From assembly GCA_963665615.2 (NCBI GenBank), contig CAXXQE010000008.1, positions 186,001 through 250,000 of the forward strand: a DNA stretch of 64,000 nt. Direction: 5' to 3'. Below, in pieces: positions 7,232 through 17,965 of this stretch. The position numbers and the translations under genes are program-made. A model generated the notes under the pieces. The model had not been told where the DNA came from. It did no database searches and was given only the letters and a program-made list of their open reading frames with translations. Origin of the DNA: Syntrophales bacterium. Lineage in GTDB: Bacteria; Desulfobacterota; Syntrophia; Syntrophales; UBA4778. How positions within the stretch are numbered: position 1 is the stretch's first letter; each line of letters opens with the position of its first letter.

Positions 7232-8173
7232 ATGAAAATCATCAGAACATTAGACGAAATCACCCCGGCCCTTCACGGCTGTATCATGACGATCGGCAAC
7301 TTCGACGGCATCCACCTGGCCCACCAGAAGATCATTCGCAGGGTGGTCGAAGAGGCTCATGCCATTGATCGCCCGGCCGTGGTCATGACCTTTGAACCCC
7401 ATCCGCAGAAGGTGTTTCACCCCACACAATACCCCTTTTATCTGATCTTAACCTTCGAAGAGAAGATGGCTATTCTGGAATCCCTTGGGGTCGATGTCGC
7501 TATCGTCATTCAGTTCACCCGGGAATTTGCAAAGACGTCCGCAACCGACTTCATTCACAGTGTGATCTGCCGCAGGCTGAATCCGAGGGACGTGCTGATT
7601 GGCCACGATTATACCTTCGGCCGGGGCAAAGAAGGCAAGCCGGAATACCTGAGACTCTTAGGGGACCAGTGCGGCTTCGGCGTGGAGATTATTGAAGCGG
7701 TTCGACTCGACGGCGAAATCGTCAGCAGCACGCGCGTGCGGCAGGCTGTGCTTAAGGGGTGCGTTGCCGGGGCGGCCATCCTGCTCGGACGCCCCTATAA
7801 CCTTCATGGGGTCGTTGTGCCAGGCTTCCAGCGGGGCGCAGAACTTGGCTTTCCGACTGCCAACCTCCAGCCCGACAAAGAACTGATCCCACCCGAGGGC
7901 GTCTATGCGGTCTATGTAGAGATCGAGGGGGTGCTGCATCAAGGGGTGGCGAACATCGGCCACAATCCGACCTTTGGCAACGAAGGACTGAGCATCGAAG
8001 TGCATGTGTTGGGCCTGGAGGAAAATCTCTATGGCGAAAGACTCAACCTCCTGTTTGTCGAGCGGTTGCGGGAGGAGCGCAAATTCGACAGCATTGCCGC
8101 GCTGAGCGAACAGATCGAAATCGACATCGCACGCACCCGGGAGATCCTTCAGGAGCCGGCCGATCGACCATGA
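7232..8173 (+). CDS. ribF: Bifunctional riboflavin kinase/FAD synthetase
   Basis: TIGNFDGIHLAHQ, SSTRVR, GFPTANL, NIGHNPTF, IEVH. Confidence 0.97.
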   Translation: MKIIRTLDEITPALHGCIMTIGNFDGIHLAHQKIIRRVVEEAHAIDRPAVVMTFEPHPQKVFHPTQYPFYLILTFEEKMAILESLGVDVAIVIQFTREFAKTSATDFIHSVICRRLNPRDVLIGHDYTFGRGKEGKPEYLRLLGDQCGFGVEIIEAVRLDGEIVSSTRVRQAVLKGCVAGAAILLGRPYNLHGVVVPGFQRGAELGFPTANLQPDKELIPPEGVYAVYVEIEGVLHQGVANIGHNPTFGNEGLSIEVHVLGLEENLYGERLNLLFVERLREERKFDSIAALSEQIEIDIARTREILQEPADRP

Positions 8174-8868
8174 ACTACCGGGATCTTCACGACTGGAATG
8201 TGGGTTACACCGAGGCGGTCCGGATCCAGCAGGTGTTACGCGAACAGATTCGTCTTGAAGACGCCATTCCGATTTACTCGATCTCACTGATCGCCGGCGC
8301 CGATATCTCGTACGATCGGGACAACGACCGCTTTTTCGCCGCCGTTGTCGTGCTTCGTTTTCCCGAACTGGACATCGTCGAAACCGCCGGCCATTCGGCA
8401 ACAGTCCGGTTCCCCTACATCCCTGGCCTCTTGAGCTTTCGTGAGGCGCCGGTTCTTTTAGAGGCTTTCGCCAAACTTCGGAATCAGCCCGACATCGCTC
8501 TCTTCGACGGACAGGGCATCGCGCATCCGCGGGGGCTGGGGTTGGCCTCGCATATGGGGCTCTTTCTCGATCTGCCGACCATCGGTTCGGCAAAATCCCG
8601 GCTTTTCGGCGTACACGGAGAGGTCGCAGTGGCGGCCGGCTCCTTTGCCTCCCTCATGAACGACGACCAGGTTATCGGCGTTGCCCTCCGTACAAAGCAC
8701 AACGTCAATCCTGTTTACGTCTCTCCCGGACACCTGATGACCCTGAAGACCGCCCGGTCGGTCGTCCTGGCCTCCTGCCGCGGTTACCGCGTGCCGGAAC
8801 CGATCCGGCAGGCGCACCTGCATGTGAACCGGATGCGGACAGAGGCGGAAAAACAGTCCATATCATGA
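8170..8868 (+). CDS. nfi: Endonuclease V
   Basis: AGADISY, FPYIPGLLSFRE, DGQGIAHPRGLGLASH, PVYVSPGH. Confidence 0.96.
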   Translation: MNYRDLHDWNVGYTEAVRIQQVLREQIRLEDAIPIYSISLIAGADISYDRDNDRFFAAVVVLRFPELDIVETAGHSATVRFPYIPGLLSFREAPVLLEAFAKLRNQPDIALFDGQGIAHPRGLGLASHMGLFLDLPTIGSAKSRLFGVHGEVAVAAGSFASLMNDDQVIGVALRTKHNVNPVYVSPGHLMTLKTARSVVLASCRGYRVPEPIRQAHLHVNRMRTEAEKQSIS

Positions 8869-9587
8869 CAAGCGCGATCGCCATCATCAAACGCCTCAAG
8901 GCCGGCGGCGATCGCGAGCAGGCGCAAATTCTCCAGCGGTTCTTCAAGACCGGACCCGGTGAATACGGCGAGGGCGATGTCTTTATCGGTCTGCGCGTCC
9001 CCCAGATCCGGGCGCTGGCCAAGGAATATACGGGGCTGTCGCTTCCTGAAACGCTCTTGCTGCTTCAATCCCCGCTGCACGAGGCGCGGCTGCTGGCCCT
9101 GCTGCTTTTAATCCAGGCCTTTCGTCGCGGCGCCCCTGAACGCCAGGGAGAGATCTACGACCTCTATCTGAACCACACCCGGTTTATCAACAACTGGGAT
9201 CTGGTCGATCTCTCCGCCGAGCACATTGTCGGGGCACATCTCAAGCTGCGGAGGCGCAAGCCGCTCTATGTGCTGGCCGCCTCGGATTGGCTGTGGGACC
9301 GGCGGATCGCGATCCTTGCTACCTTCCACTTCATCAAAGGCGGGGAATACGGCGAGACGTTGAAACTGGCGGAGCGGCTGATCGGCGACCGCGAAGATCT
9401 CATCCACAAGGCCGTCGGCTGGATGCTGCGCGAGATTGGCAAACGCGATCAGGCGAGTGAAGAGGCCTTTCTGAAAATTCACTACAAGACCATGCCGCGG
9501 ACCATGCTTCGGTACGCGATTGAACGATTTCCGGAAGAACTGCGAAAGAAGTACCTGAACGGACAAGCGCCGAATGGATTACGCTAA
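8865..9587 (+). CDS. DNA alkylation repair protein (AlkD-like)
   Basis: FFKTGPGEYGEGDVFIG, NNWDLVD, HKAVGWMLREIGKR. Confidence 0.92.
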   Translation: MTSAIAIIKRLKAGGDREQAQILQRFFKTGPGEYGEGDVFIGLRVPQIRALAKEYTGLSLPETLLLLQSPLHEARLLALLLLIQAFRRGAPERQGEIYDLYLNHTRFINNWDLVDLSAEHIVGAHLKLRRRKPLYVLAASDWLWDRRIAILATFHFIKGGEYGETLKLAERLIGDREDLIHKAVGWMLREIGKRDQASEEAFLKIHYKTMPRTMLRYAIERFPEELRKKYLNGQAPNGLR

Positions 9588-10713
9588 AACCGCAAAGGGA
9601 TGCGCTGATCGGCCCATCCAAAGCCGATGCAACACGCGGCGATTTCTCTTGGGCCTGTTGGTCGCCTCTCTTGCAACCGTGCCATGCCCGACCGCATCGC
9701 CTGCCGCGGCAATCTCCTCCGGGAAACCGCAGCCGGCGATTGTCGATATGCACTGTCATCTGGCAGGCATCGGCGCCGGCAACAGCGGATGCTTCGTCTC
9801 CGCCAAACTCCGAGACAACTGGCGGTTCAAGATCTACCTCGGGGCCTTCGGCGTGACCGTGGACGATTTGAGGATAAAAGGCGACGGACTCGTGGCTGAT
9901 CGGATCTCGGCGCAGCTTGCGCGGAGCAAGTACGTCCGCAAGGCGGTCGTGCTCGCCATGGACGGCGTCGTTGGAAAGGACGGCAACCTCGATACGAACC
10001 GGACAGAGATCTATGTCCCCAATGAATTCGTGGCCGAGGTTGTCGGGAAGCACGACAACCTGCTCTTCGGCGCTTCCGTAAATCCATACCGCTACGATGC
10101 CCTGGCACGGCTGGATTGGGCCAAAGCGCACGGCGCCATTCTGATCAAGTGGATCCCCTCGGTCATGGGCATCGATCCGGCAGACCCACGGTTGGAGCCG
10201 TTTTATCGCAAGCTGGTTGCTTTGAACCTGCCTTTGCTGACCCACGCCGGTTTCGAACAATCCTTTTCCTCGGCGAATCAACAGCTCTGCGATCCCGATA
10301 AACTGCGCCTGCCACTTCGGCTAGGCGTCAGGGTCATTGCGGCGCACATCGCCTCGACGGGAACCTATCACGGCGAACGCAGCACCGACAGACTGGCGCG
10401 CCTTATGCGCGAATACCCCAATCTGTATTCGGACATCTCTTCGCTGACCCAACTCAACAAACTCTTCTATATGAAAGAGGCGCTTTTGCGCCCCGAGTTC
10501 AAGGGCAGACTGCTGTATGGCACGGACTATCCCCTGATCAATACCGCGCTTGTTTCACCCTGGTACTATAGCCTGCGATTGTCGCCAAAAAAGCTGATGG
10601 CCATTGCGAGAACCGGGAATCCGTGGGACGCCGATGTGATGCTGAAAAGCGCGCTGGGCACGCCGAGAGAGGTTTTTGAGCTTCCAGAAAGATTTTTGAT
10701 GAATCAAAAGTGA
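9574..10713 (+). CDS. Amidohydrolase family protein with possible Tat signal
   Basis: VDMHCH, LTHAG, IAAH, LYGTDYP; N-term TRRFLLGLLVASLA. Confidence 0.85.
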   Translation: MDYAKTAKGCADRPIQSRCNTRRFLLGLLVASLATVPCPTASPAAAISSGKPQPAIVDMHCHLAGIGAGNSGCFVSAKLRDNWRFKIYLGAFGVTVDDLRIKGDGLVADRISAQLARSKYVRKAVVLAMDGVVGKDGNLDTNRTEIYVPNEFVAEVVGKHDNLLFGASVNPYRYDALARLDWAKAHGAILIKWIPSVMGIDPADPRLEPFYRKLVALNLPLLTHAGFEQSFSSANQQLCDPDKLRLPLRLGVRVIAAHIASTGTYHGERSTDRLARLMREYPNLYSDISSLTQLNKLFYMKEALLRPEFKGRLLYGTDYPLINTALVSPWYYSLRLSPKKLMAIARTGNPWDADVMLKSALGTPREVFELPERFLMNQK

Positions 10714-10785
10714 CGGATAACGGGCTGAATAAATACGGCTTGGAATTTTAACCTGTCACCCGTTACTTGTCACTCGTCACGGTCT

Positions 10786-12729
10786 TTATCCGTGTTCCGC
10801 CGTGAGGGTCTCGATCTCTTCCTGAAGCGCCGTCCAACGGTCGTAGAGACCTTCCAGGTGTGCGCCGATCTCCTTGAACTCGGCGCCGAGGGCGCGCGCC
10901 CGTTGTTCGTTCCTGTACGTCTCCGAATCGGCCAGCAGACTCTCGACTTCCATCTTGCGTTTTTCCAACGATGCGATATCCCCTTCGACACGTCTCAGTG
11001 TCTCCTGCAGGGGCTTGAGTTTGCGCGACAGGGCCTGCCGCTTTTCCGCTTCTTCGCGCTTGCGGAGCTTATCCTGACCCGGCGCCTTCTTCATGGCTGC
11101 GCCTGTTTCGGCTGCAGCCGCTTGCTCGGCTGCGTGGAGCTTTTCGAGATAGTTGCCGATGGTGCCCAGTGTCACCTGGAGAACGCCATCTTTGAAATCG
11201 AGCACCTTTTCGATCAGGGGCTCCAGAAAATCGCGGTCGTGGGAAACGATCACGTAGGCCCCGGCATAGTTCAGGAGCGCATCCTGTAGCATTTCCTTCG
11301 AGCGGATGTCGAGGTGATTGGTCGGTTCGTCGAGCACCAACAGGTTGGCGGGCATGAGAAGCATCCGGGAAAGGGCCAGCCGGCTCTTCTCGCCGCCGGA
11401 GAGAACCGAGACGGGCTTGAAAACATCGTCCCCCTCGAAGAGAAAGCAGCCGAGAAGCGCCCGCAGGCGGGCCGTCGGCATCGTGGGCGCAACCTCTTCC
11501 ACCGATTGCAGGATGGTCTTTTTCGGGTCCAGGGTTTCCGACTGATCCTGCGCGTAATAGCTCACCGCCAGGCCCTGGCCGGGCTTTCGCGTCCCGCCCT
11601 GAAAATCGTCCGTTCCGGCAATGATCCGCGCCAGCGTTGATTTTCCCGTTCCGTTCGGACCGAGAACGGCCATGCGGTCGCCGCGCTCAATGATGAGTGT
11701 GGCGTCGTGGAAGACGCTCAGGTCGCCATAGGCCTTCGCTACCCCCGCCAGATCCATCAGGATGCGACCGGAGGCGGGCGGCGGCGGAAAGTCGAAGGCA
11801 ATCCCGCCCTCTTGATCTTCCAGTGTCACGGTATCGAGTTTTTCCAGCATCTTGAGGCGACTCTGCACCTGCCGCGCTTTGGTGGCCTTGTAGCGGAAGC
11901 GCTCAACGAATCGCGTCGTCCGTTCGATGGCCTTTTGCTGGCTTTCGTACTGGGCCTGGAGAAGCGCCAGGCGCTCTTCCTTCTTTTCGAGATAGAACGA
12001 GTAATTGCCCCGATACTCGTCGATCTTGCCCATCGAGATCTCGATCGTCCGCTTGACCAGATTGTCGAGGAAGCGCCGATCGTGAGAGACGACGATCACC
12101 GTGCCGTCGTAGCTTTGCAGGTAGGCCTCCAGCCATTCCAACGAGTTGATGTCGAGGTGGTTGGTCGGTTCGTCGAGCAGCAGGTAGCTGGGACGCCGGA
12201 GAAGGAGCTTCGCCAGCTCGATCCGCATCTGCCAGCCGCCGCTGAACTCCTGGCAGGGGCGTTCGAGGTCGTGGACGGAAAATCCCAGACCGCCCGCGAT
12301 CTGTTTGACCCGCGCCTCCAGTTGATAGCCCTGATGCGTCTCGATCTGATGGTGCAGTTCCCCCAGTTCCTCGTTGAGTGCGTCCAGGGCCTCCCCCGGT
12401 GGGGTCTCGGCAATCTGGTGACCGACCGCCTGGATGCGCGCCTGCAACGCAAGCAGATCAGCCATTGCCGATTCAATCTCGCTGTAGAGAGTCCGTCCCG
12501 TATGGTAGATGCCCTCCTGCGGCAGATAGCCCACGGTCTGGGCGCGGGAGATGGAGGCCCGCCCCGAGTCGGCCTCGACCTGGCCGGCCACGATCTTCAT
12601 CAGGGTCGATTTTCCCGAACCGTTCGATCCCACAATGGCGATGCGTTCCTGATCGCCGATGTGGAGGTTCAACTCCGAGAAGAGAACCTTTGTCGCATAC
12701 TGTTTGGAGAGTTGATGGAGTGAAAGCAA
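10786..12729 (-). CDS. ABC-F family ATPase
   Basis: Two ABC cassettes (GSNGSGKST / GPNGTGKST, DEPTNHLD twice), no TM segments, C-terminal coiled coil. Confidence 0.95.
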   Translation of the reverse strand: MLSLHQLSKQYATKVLFSELNLHIGDQERIAIVGSNGSGKSTLMKIVAGQVEADSGRASISRAQTVGYLPQEGIYHTGRTLYSEIESAMADLLALQARIQAVGHQIAETPPGEALDALNEELGELHHQIETHQGYQLEARVKQIAGGLGFSVHDLERPCQEFSGGWQMRIELAKLLLRRPSYLLLDEPTNHLDINSLEWLEAYLQSYDGTVIVVSHDRRFLDNLVKRTIEISMGKIDEYRGNYSFYLEKKEERLALLQAQYESQQKAIERTTRFVERFRYKATKARQVQSRLKMLEKLDTVTLEDQEGGIAFDFPPPPASGRILMDLAGVAKAYGDLSVFHDATLIIERGDRMAVLGPNGTGKSTLARIIAGTDDFQGGTRKPGQGLAVSYYAQDQSETLDPKKTILQSVEEVAPTMPTARLRALLGCFLFEGDDVFKPVSVLSGGEKSRLALSRMLLMPANLLVLDEPTNHLDIRSKEMLQDALLNYAGAYVIVSHDRDFLEPLIEKVLDFKDGVLQVTLGTIGNYLEKLHAAEQAAAAETGAAMKKAPGQDKLRKREEAEKRQALSRKLKPLQETLRRVEGDIASLEKRKMEVESLLADSETYRNEQRARALGAEFKEIGAHLEGLYDRWTALQEEIETLTAEHG

Positions 12730-13105
12730 GCGGTTTTCGTACCTTCCGGGCCCGCGCTACGCGGGTAGTTTCGAGTTCCGAGTTTGAAGTTTTGAGTTAA
12801 AGCAAATCATCTCTGATATTAAATAGATGGCCCTTGTGTTCAACCCCGGAAACAGGACAGCGCCCTTCCGTCATGTCGAGAAAAAAGGTTCCGCCTGCAT
12901 CTGTCGTCGGAATTGAATCATCGTTAATCACCGGCGCAAGGGCGAGCGGGATTATAACAGATTTGGGGTGATTGAAAAGCCCGGAAAAACGGATTGACAT
13001 TGATTCACCCCTTCTCCTAAGATGCCGGCAGGCGTTCCTGGGGTACAGAGATACGACAGCACGTTTAATTGGGAACGGTCCGATTCCATAGGGAAAAAGA
13101 GGAAG

Positions 13106-15361
13106 ATGAGCGGCAGCGACAGCGATTGCATTCCAGTAACCGATCTGCGGGAAAACGAAGAAGGCGATATCTGCGCCATTCTGGGCGGCCAGGGATTTGC
13201 CGGCCGGCTGGCCGGGATGGGGTTTGCCGTCGGCACCCATGTCAAAATCCTGCGTAATCGTGGGGGGCTCGTGCTCCTGCTGGCCTCCGAAACCCGTATC
13301 GCCCTCGGCCGGGGCGAGGCTGAAAAGATCCTCATAATACCGACCTGCTCGGAGACCGAACAGACCTGTCCCGCCCCCGAAGAAAAAGGAATTCTCGTGG
13401 CCCTGGCTGGGCAACCGAACGTCGGCAAATCGACAGTCTTCAACATCCTGACTGGGCTTTCCCAGCATGTCGGCAACTGGCCAGGCAAAACCGTCGAGAA
13501 GAAAGAGGGCGTGCATCTCACCGGCGAGCACCGGATGCGCATCATCGATCTGCCGGGCACCTACAGCCTGACGGCTTTCTCCGAAGAGGAAAAGGTCGCC
13601 CGCGACTTCATCATCAACGAGTTCCCGGAGATCGTTGTCCTGATCGTCAATGCCGCGGCGCTGGAGCGCAGCCTCTACCTGCTGGCGGAGCTCCTCCTGC
13701 TGGGCCCCCCGGTGATTGTCGGCGTCAACATGACCGACGTGGCAGAGGCCCAGGGGATTCGCGTCAATATCAAAGCCCTTCAGGATGCCCTCGGCATCCC
13801 CGTCATCCCGATGATCGCGAAGAAGAACGTCGGCATTCGCGAATTAGTCTCCGAGATTGCGGCCCTGGCGGACGGCAAGATCGGCTATAGCCCCCGGATG
13901 CCCGATGTGATGCAGGACCACAAGGACGTCTTTCTCGAGTTGATGACGCTTATGGAGCCATACGTCCCGCAACCCCACCTGTCGCACTGGATGGCTGTCA
14001 AACTCATGGAGGGCGACCCCGAAGTGGCGGCAAAACTTGAGGGCACGATCCCCGCCGATGCCTGGAAGACGATCCGCGCGGTGCTGATGGCGCACGAGGA
14101 TTCCCAGCATGCCGTGGTCGGCGGCCGTTACGACTGGATCGAGGAGGTAACGCGCGCGGCGGTCTCGCGTTTCAAGCGCGGCCAGGTCCTCATGACTGAT
14201 CGACTCGACCATATCCTGACCCGACCCGTCTTCGGCATCCCGATTCTGCTGACGGTCATGGCCATCGTCTTCGGTCTGACTTACGCGATCGGCTTTCCCG
14301 TGCAGAGTTGGCTGGAAAGCCTTCTCGGCTCCTTTTCAGAATGGCTCCACCCCATTTTCAGCGCCGTTCCCGCATGGGTGCGGGACCTTACGATCCACGG
14401 TGTGATCGGCGGCGCCGGATCGGTGCTTACCTTCCTGCCGATTCTGCTCATCTTTTTTGCAGTGATGTCCTTCATGGAAGACATTGGCTACATGGCCCGC
14501 GCGGCCTTTGTGATGGACCGTTTCATGCATCTGGTGGGGCTGCACGGCAAGAGCTTTATACCGATGTGCCTCGGTTTCGGCTGCAACGTGCCCGCCGTAC
14601 TCGGAGCGCGGATCCTCGAATCGCGCAAGGCGCGACTGCTCACGATCTTCCTGATGCCCTTCGTGCCGTGCACGGCGCGGCTCGCCGTACTGACCTTCAT
14701 CTGTGGCGCGGTCTTTCCGCAACATGCGGCGCTCGTCGCCTGGTTTGTCGTCGCGGCGAATATCCTGGCACTCGGCGTGACTGGGATCGTCGTCAACCGC
14801 TGCCTGATGAAGGACGAAGCCATGCCCTTTGTCATGGAACTGCCGCTCTATCACACCCCTGATCCGAAGACCATCTTCACGGTCGTTCGCCTTCGCACCG
14901 TGGCCTTCATCAAGCGGGCCGGAACGGTCATCCTCGGTGTATCGGTAGCGGTCTGGCTTTTATCCAATCTGCCCGGCGGAGGAACGGAGAAGAGCATCCT
15001 GGCGTGGATCGGCCACGGCCTTGCGCCTGTCGGATCGCTGATCGGACTGGACTGGAAGATGATCGTTGCCCTCCTGACGAGCCTCATCGCCAAGGAAAAC
15101 GCTATCGCCACCCTGGGGGTGCTCTATGGCGTCGGCGATGCGGGACTCCGGGAGGTCCTGCCCACCGTCATGACAGCGGCCTCCGGCCTGGCCTTCCTGG
15201 TAACGATGATGCTCTTCATTCCCTGCGCGGCGACCATCGCCGCGATGCGTCAGGAGATGCAGGACGGCAAGTGGTTTGCCGCCTCGCTCGTCGTCATGAC
15301 GGCCGTCTCGTTTGTGGGCGGCTATCTGGCGTACCATCTCGCGCCGCTATTGGGAATCTAA
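13106..15361 (+). CDS. feoB: FeoA-FeoB fusion ferrous iron transporter
   Basis: N-term FeoA (RLAGMGF...IALGRGEAEKI); GQPNVGKST, VGNWPGKTVE, DLPGTYSL; membrane GFGCNVPA. Confidence 0.95.
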   Translation: MSGSDSDCIPVTDLRENEEGDICAILGGQGFAGRLAGMGFAVGTHVKILRNRGGLVLLLASETRIALGRGEAEKILIIPTCSETEQTCPAPEEKGILVALAGQPNVGKSTVFNILTGLSQHVGNWPGKTVEKKEGVHLTGEHRMRIIDLPGTYSLTAFSEEEKVARDFIINEFPEIVVLIVNAAALERSLYLLAELLLLGPPVIVGVNMTDVAEAQGIRVNIKALQDALGIPVIPMIAKKNVGIRELVSEIAALADGKIGYSPRMPDVMQDHKDVFLELMTLMEPYVPQPHLSHWMAVKLMEGDPEVAAKLEGTIPADAWKTIRAVLMAHEDSQHAVVGGRYDWIEEVTRAAVSRFKRGQVLMTDRLDHILTRPVFGIPILLTVMAIVFGLTYAIGFPVQSWLESLLGSFSEWLHPIFSAVPAWVRDLTIHGVIGGAGSVLTFLPILLIFFAVMSFMEDIGYMARAAFVMDRFMHLVGLHGKSFIPMCLGFGCNVPAVLGARILESRKARLLTIFLMPFVPCTARLAVLTFICGAVFPQHAALVAWFVVAANILALGVTGIVVNRCLMKDEAMPFVMELPLYHTPDPKTIFTVVRLRTVAFIKRAGTVILGVSVAVWLLSNLPGGGTEKSILAWIGHGLAPVGSLIGLDWKMIVALLTSLIAKENAIATLGVLYGVGDAGLREVLPTVMTAASGLAFLVTMMLFIPCAATIAAMRQEMQDGKWFAASLVVMTAVSFVGGYLAYHLAPLLGI

Positions 15362-15484
15362 AAGATAGTAACAAGTGACGAGTAACAAGTAACAAAGTGA
15401 CGGGTAACGAGATAAAAGGAATTGCAAGTTTTCAGTTACCTGTTATCGGCAAAATGGGAATACATTTTTAAAGGGAAACCGTAA

Positions 15485-16702
15485 ATGTTGAGGACAAAGA
15501 TTTACCTAGCGATTGTGTTCATTCTGGTTGCGGCCCTGACGGGTTGCCAAAGGTACCATCGAACCTCGGTCTTTTCCGAGGAGATGATGGCACCCCAAGG
15601 GCTGGAGAAGTACTCGAAGCAGTTGCCGCCGGGCGAACTCGCGCTTCGCAAGATCACCGACCCCGCCGACATCCCCGATTTTACCGCGGCTTGTGATGAC
15701 CTGTCCGGCCTGAGAAAGGCGATCGACTACAGTCTCGACTACCTCAAAAAGCCTTCCAGCAAACCGTTCTTCCCCTACGGCGAGATCACACATCAGCGGG
15801 CTGAAGACAGCCTCAAGACCCTGGCGCAACTGATCGACTCGGGCGCCAAGGGGGCAAGGCTCAACACCCTCATCCGCGAGCGCTTCGATGTCTATATTTC
15901 CGTCGGTTGCGACGACAGGGGCACCGTCCTTTACACGGGCTACTATACCCCGATCTTCGAAGGCTCACGCCAAGCCGGCGGACATTACAAATACCCGCTG
16001 TATGGGCTACCCGACGACCTGGTGAAGGATAAAGCAGGCAACACGCTCGGCCGACGCTCGAACAGCGGAATTGTACCCTATCCCTCGCGCGAGGAGATCG
16101 AGCGGTCGGGGATGCTCAAGGGCAAGGAGATCATGTGGCTCGCCGATCCCTTTGAGGCCTATATCGCCCATGCCCAGGGATCGGCCAAGATCCGCCAGCC
16201 CGACGGAACGCTTGTCGGGATCGGCTATGCGGGCAATAACGGCCATGAGTACAAGAGTGTGGCCCAGCAGATGGTGCTTGAGGGCAAGATCTCGCGGGAT
16301 CAGATGAGCCTCTCAGCCATGATCGCCTGGTTCAAGGCCCATCCCGATGAGGTGGACAACTATACGCGGCTCAACCCCCGTTTTGTCTTCTTCCGGATCA
16401 GCGATGGGGTGGCGCGGGGGAGCATCAACGAACCCGTGACCGCGCTCAGAACGATTGCAACCGATAAATCGATCTATCCCCGGGCCTGCCTGGCCTTCCT
16501 CAATACCACCCTGCTGAAGGCCGTGGGCGAGGACGTCTCGCAGCAGCCTTATGCAGGCTTTGCCCTGGACCAGGATACCGGTGGCGCCATCCGCGCACCG
16601 GGGCGTTGCGATGTTTATATGGGGCTAGGGGATACGGCGGGAAAACTCGCCGGAAAGACCTGCCGCGAAGGTCGGCTCTATTACCTCTTTGTGAAACCCT
16701 AG
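15485..16702 (+). CDS. mltA: Membrane-bound lytic transglycosylase A (lipoprotein)
   Basis: Lipobox LTGC; TGYYTP, QGS, NPRFVFF, DTGGAIR. Confidence 0.9.
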   Translation: MLRTKIYLAIVFILVAALTGCQRYHRTSVFSEEMMAPQGLEKYSKQLPPGELALRKITDPADIPDFTAACDDLSGLRKAIDYSLDYLKKPSSKPFFPYGEITHQRAEDSLKTLAQLIDSGAKGARLNTLIRERFDVYISVGCDDRGTVLYTGYYTPIFEGSRQAGGHYKYPLYGLPDDLVKDKAGNTLGRRSNSGIVPYPSREEIERSGMLKGKEIMWLADPFEAYIAHAQGSAKIRQPDGTLVGIGYAGNNGHEYKSVAQQMVLEGKISRDQMSLSAMIAWFKAHPDEVDNYTRLNPRFVFFRISDGVARGSINEPVTALRTIATDKSIYPRACLAFLNTTLLKAVGEDVSQQPYAGFALDQDTGGAIRAPGRCDVYMGLGDTAGKLAGKTCREGRLYYLFVKP

Positions 16703-16800
16703 GCGAAAGGACGTGTTCCCTGTCGTCAGCGCCCTACCCCGCCAGGCAATCGGCGCCTCAGGCGTTAGCGGCAAAAGACGAACTATTTATTTGGAAGATG

Positions 16801-17058
16801 CTACCGTCCCCATCTGATTTTCGCATAGAGCATGGCGCAACCGAGGAACAGAGCGATGCCGTTCCAGATCATGACGGAAACAAGCCCGCTTAAGATACCG
16901 TAGGCCAGCCAGAAGGCGATGCCGGAACTGAAGAGGAGCGTGTAGGTCATGCTGATCTCGTGGGCGCTTTTAAGCTGGAAAAGCCGCCATACCTGCGGGA
17001 TCATGCCGACTGTGGTCAACAACCCGCCAACAAATCCGATCCATTCCTTCCAATCCAT
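16801..17058 (-). CDS. SemiSWEET (PQ-loop) transporter
   Basis: IGFVGGLLTTVGMIPQVWR...WLAYG...IWN; 85 aa with three hydrophobic segments. Confidence 0.9.
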   Translation of the reverse strand: MDWKEWIGFVGGLLTTVGMIPQVWRLFQLKSAHEISMTYTLLFSSGIAFWLAYGILSGLVSVMIWNGIALFLGCAMLYAKIRWGR

Positions 17059-17179
17059 GCGATTCTCCCTAATGTCGTTGCACGCGGGGCGAGCCAAGCA
17101 ACGCGCCGCGATAAAAAAGGGCGGCACGCTGATTTGCCAATCGCGCACCGCCCTTTGCTTCGTCAACAGCCGGCCCTGA

Positions 17180-17965
17180 TTAACGCCCCTTCCACTGCGG
17201 AGGACGCTTCTCGGAGAAGGCCTTCGGCCCTTCGATAAAATCTTCAGAGTTGAGCATGGCCAGCTCGCCGGGGAATTTGTGGTACATTGCATCTTCCAGC
17301 AGCATCCGCTGACCGCAGATCGCCGCCTCCTTGCTGGCGCGCACCGCCAGAGGCGAGAGCTTCGTGATCTCATTCGCCCATTTCAGGGCCGTCGGCAGCA
17401 GGTCCGCGTAGGGGACCACTTCGTTGACCAAGCCATACTGAAGCGCCTCGGCAGCGGAGATGCGCTTTGCCGTCAGCATCATGCCCATGGCCAGGTGATA
17501 GGGGATGTGACGGGGAAGGCGATGCACGCCGCCCGCGCCGGCGATCAGGCCGACTCTCGGTTCGGGAAGACCGAGGGCCACATGATCGGCGGCAATAATG
17601 ATATCGCTCGCCAGGGCCAACTCCAGTCCACCGCCCAGCGCCATTCCATTGACCGCGGCGATGACCGGCTTGAACAGGTCGTTGCGCGCCGTGATGCCCC
17701 CGAAGTGGCCTTTTACCCCCACATATCCCTTCGCGACGGCCGGACCGCCATGCTGGGCCTGATACTTGAGATCGTTGCCCGCACAGAAACACTTATCGCC
17801 AGCAGCCGTCAGGATACAGACCCACTGATCGTCGTCATCGGCAAAGTCGTTGAACGTCAGCGACATGGCCTTGCTCGTCAGAGGACTCAAGCAATTCATC
17901 ACCTCCGGGCGATTGATTGTAATAATCGTGATATGATCTTTCTTCTCAACAAGAACTTCACTCAT
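17180..17965 (-). CDS. Enoyl-CoA hydratase/isomerase (crotonase family)
   Basis: FCAGNDLK, KPVIAAVNGMALGGGLELALASD, LPEPRVG. Confidence 0.95.
   Translation of the reverse strand: MSEVLVEKKDHITIITINRPEVMNCLSPLTSKAMSLTFNDFADDDDQWVCILTAAGDKCFCAGNDLKYQAQHGGPAVAKGYVGVKGHFGGITARNDLFKPVIAAVNGMALGGGLELALASDIIIAADHVALGLPEPRVGLIAGAGGVHRLPRHIPYHLAMGMMLTAKRISAAEALQYGLVNEVVPYADLLPTALKWANEITKLSPLAVRASKEAAICGQRMLLEDAMYHKFPGELAMLNSEDFIEGPKAFSEKRPPQWKGR

Noticed and set aside
12820..13010. Fur box upstream of feoAB
   Set aside because: Only weak ATTGA-type half-sites; no convincing palindrome.
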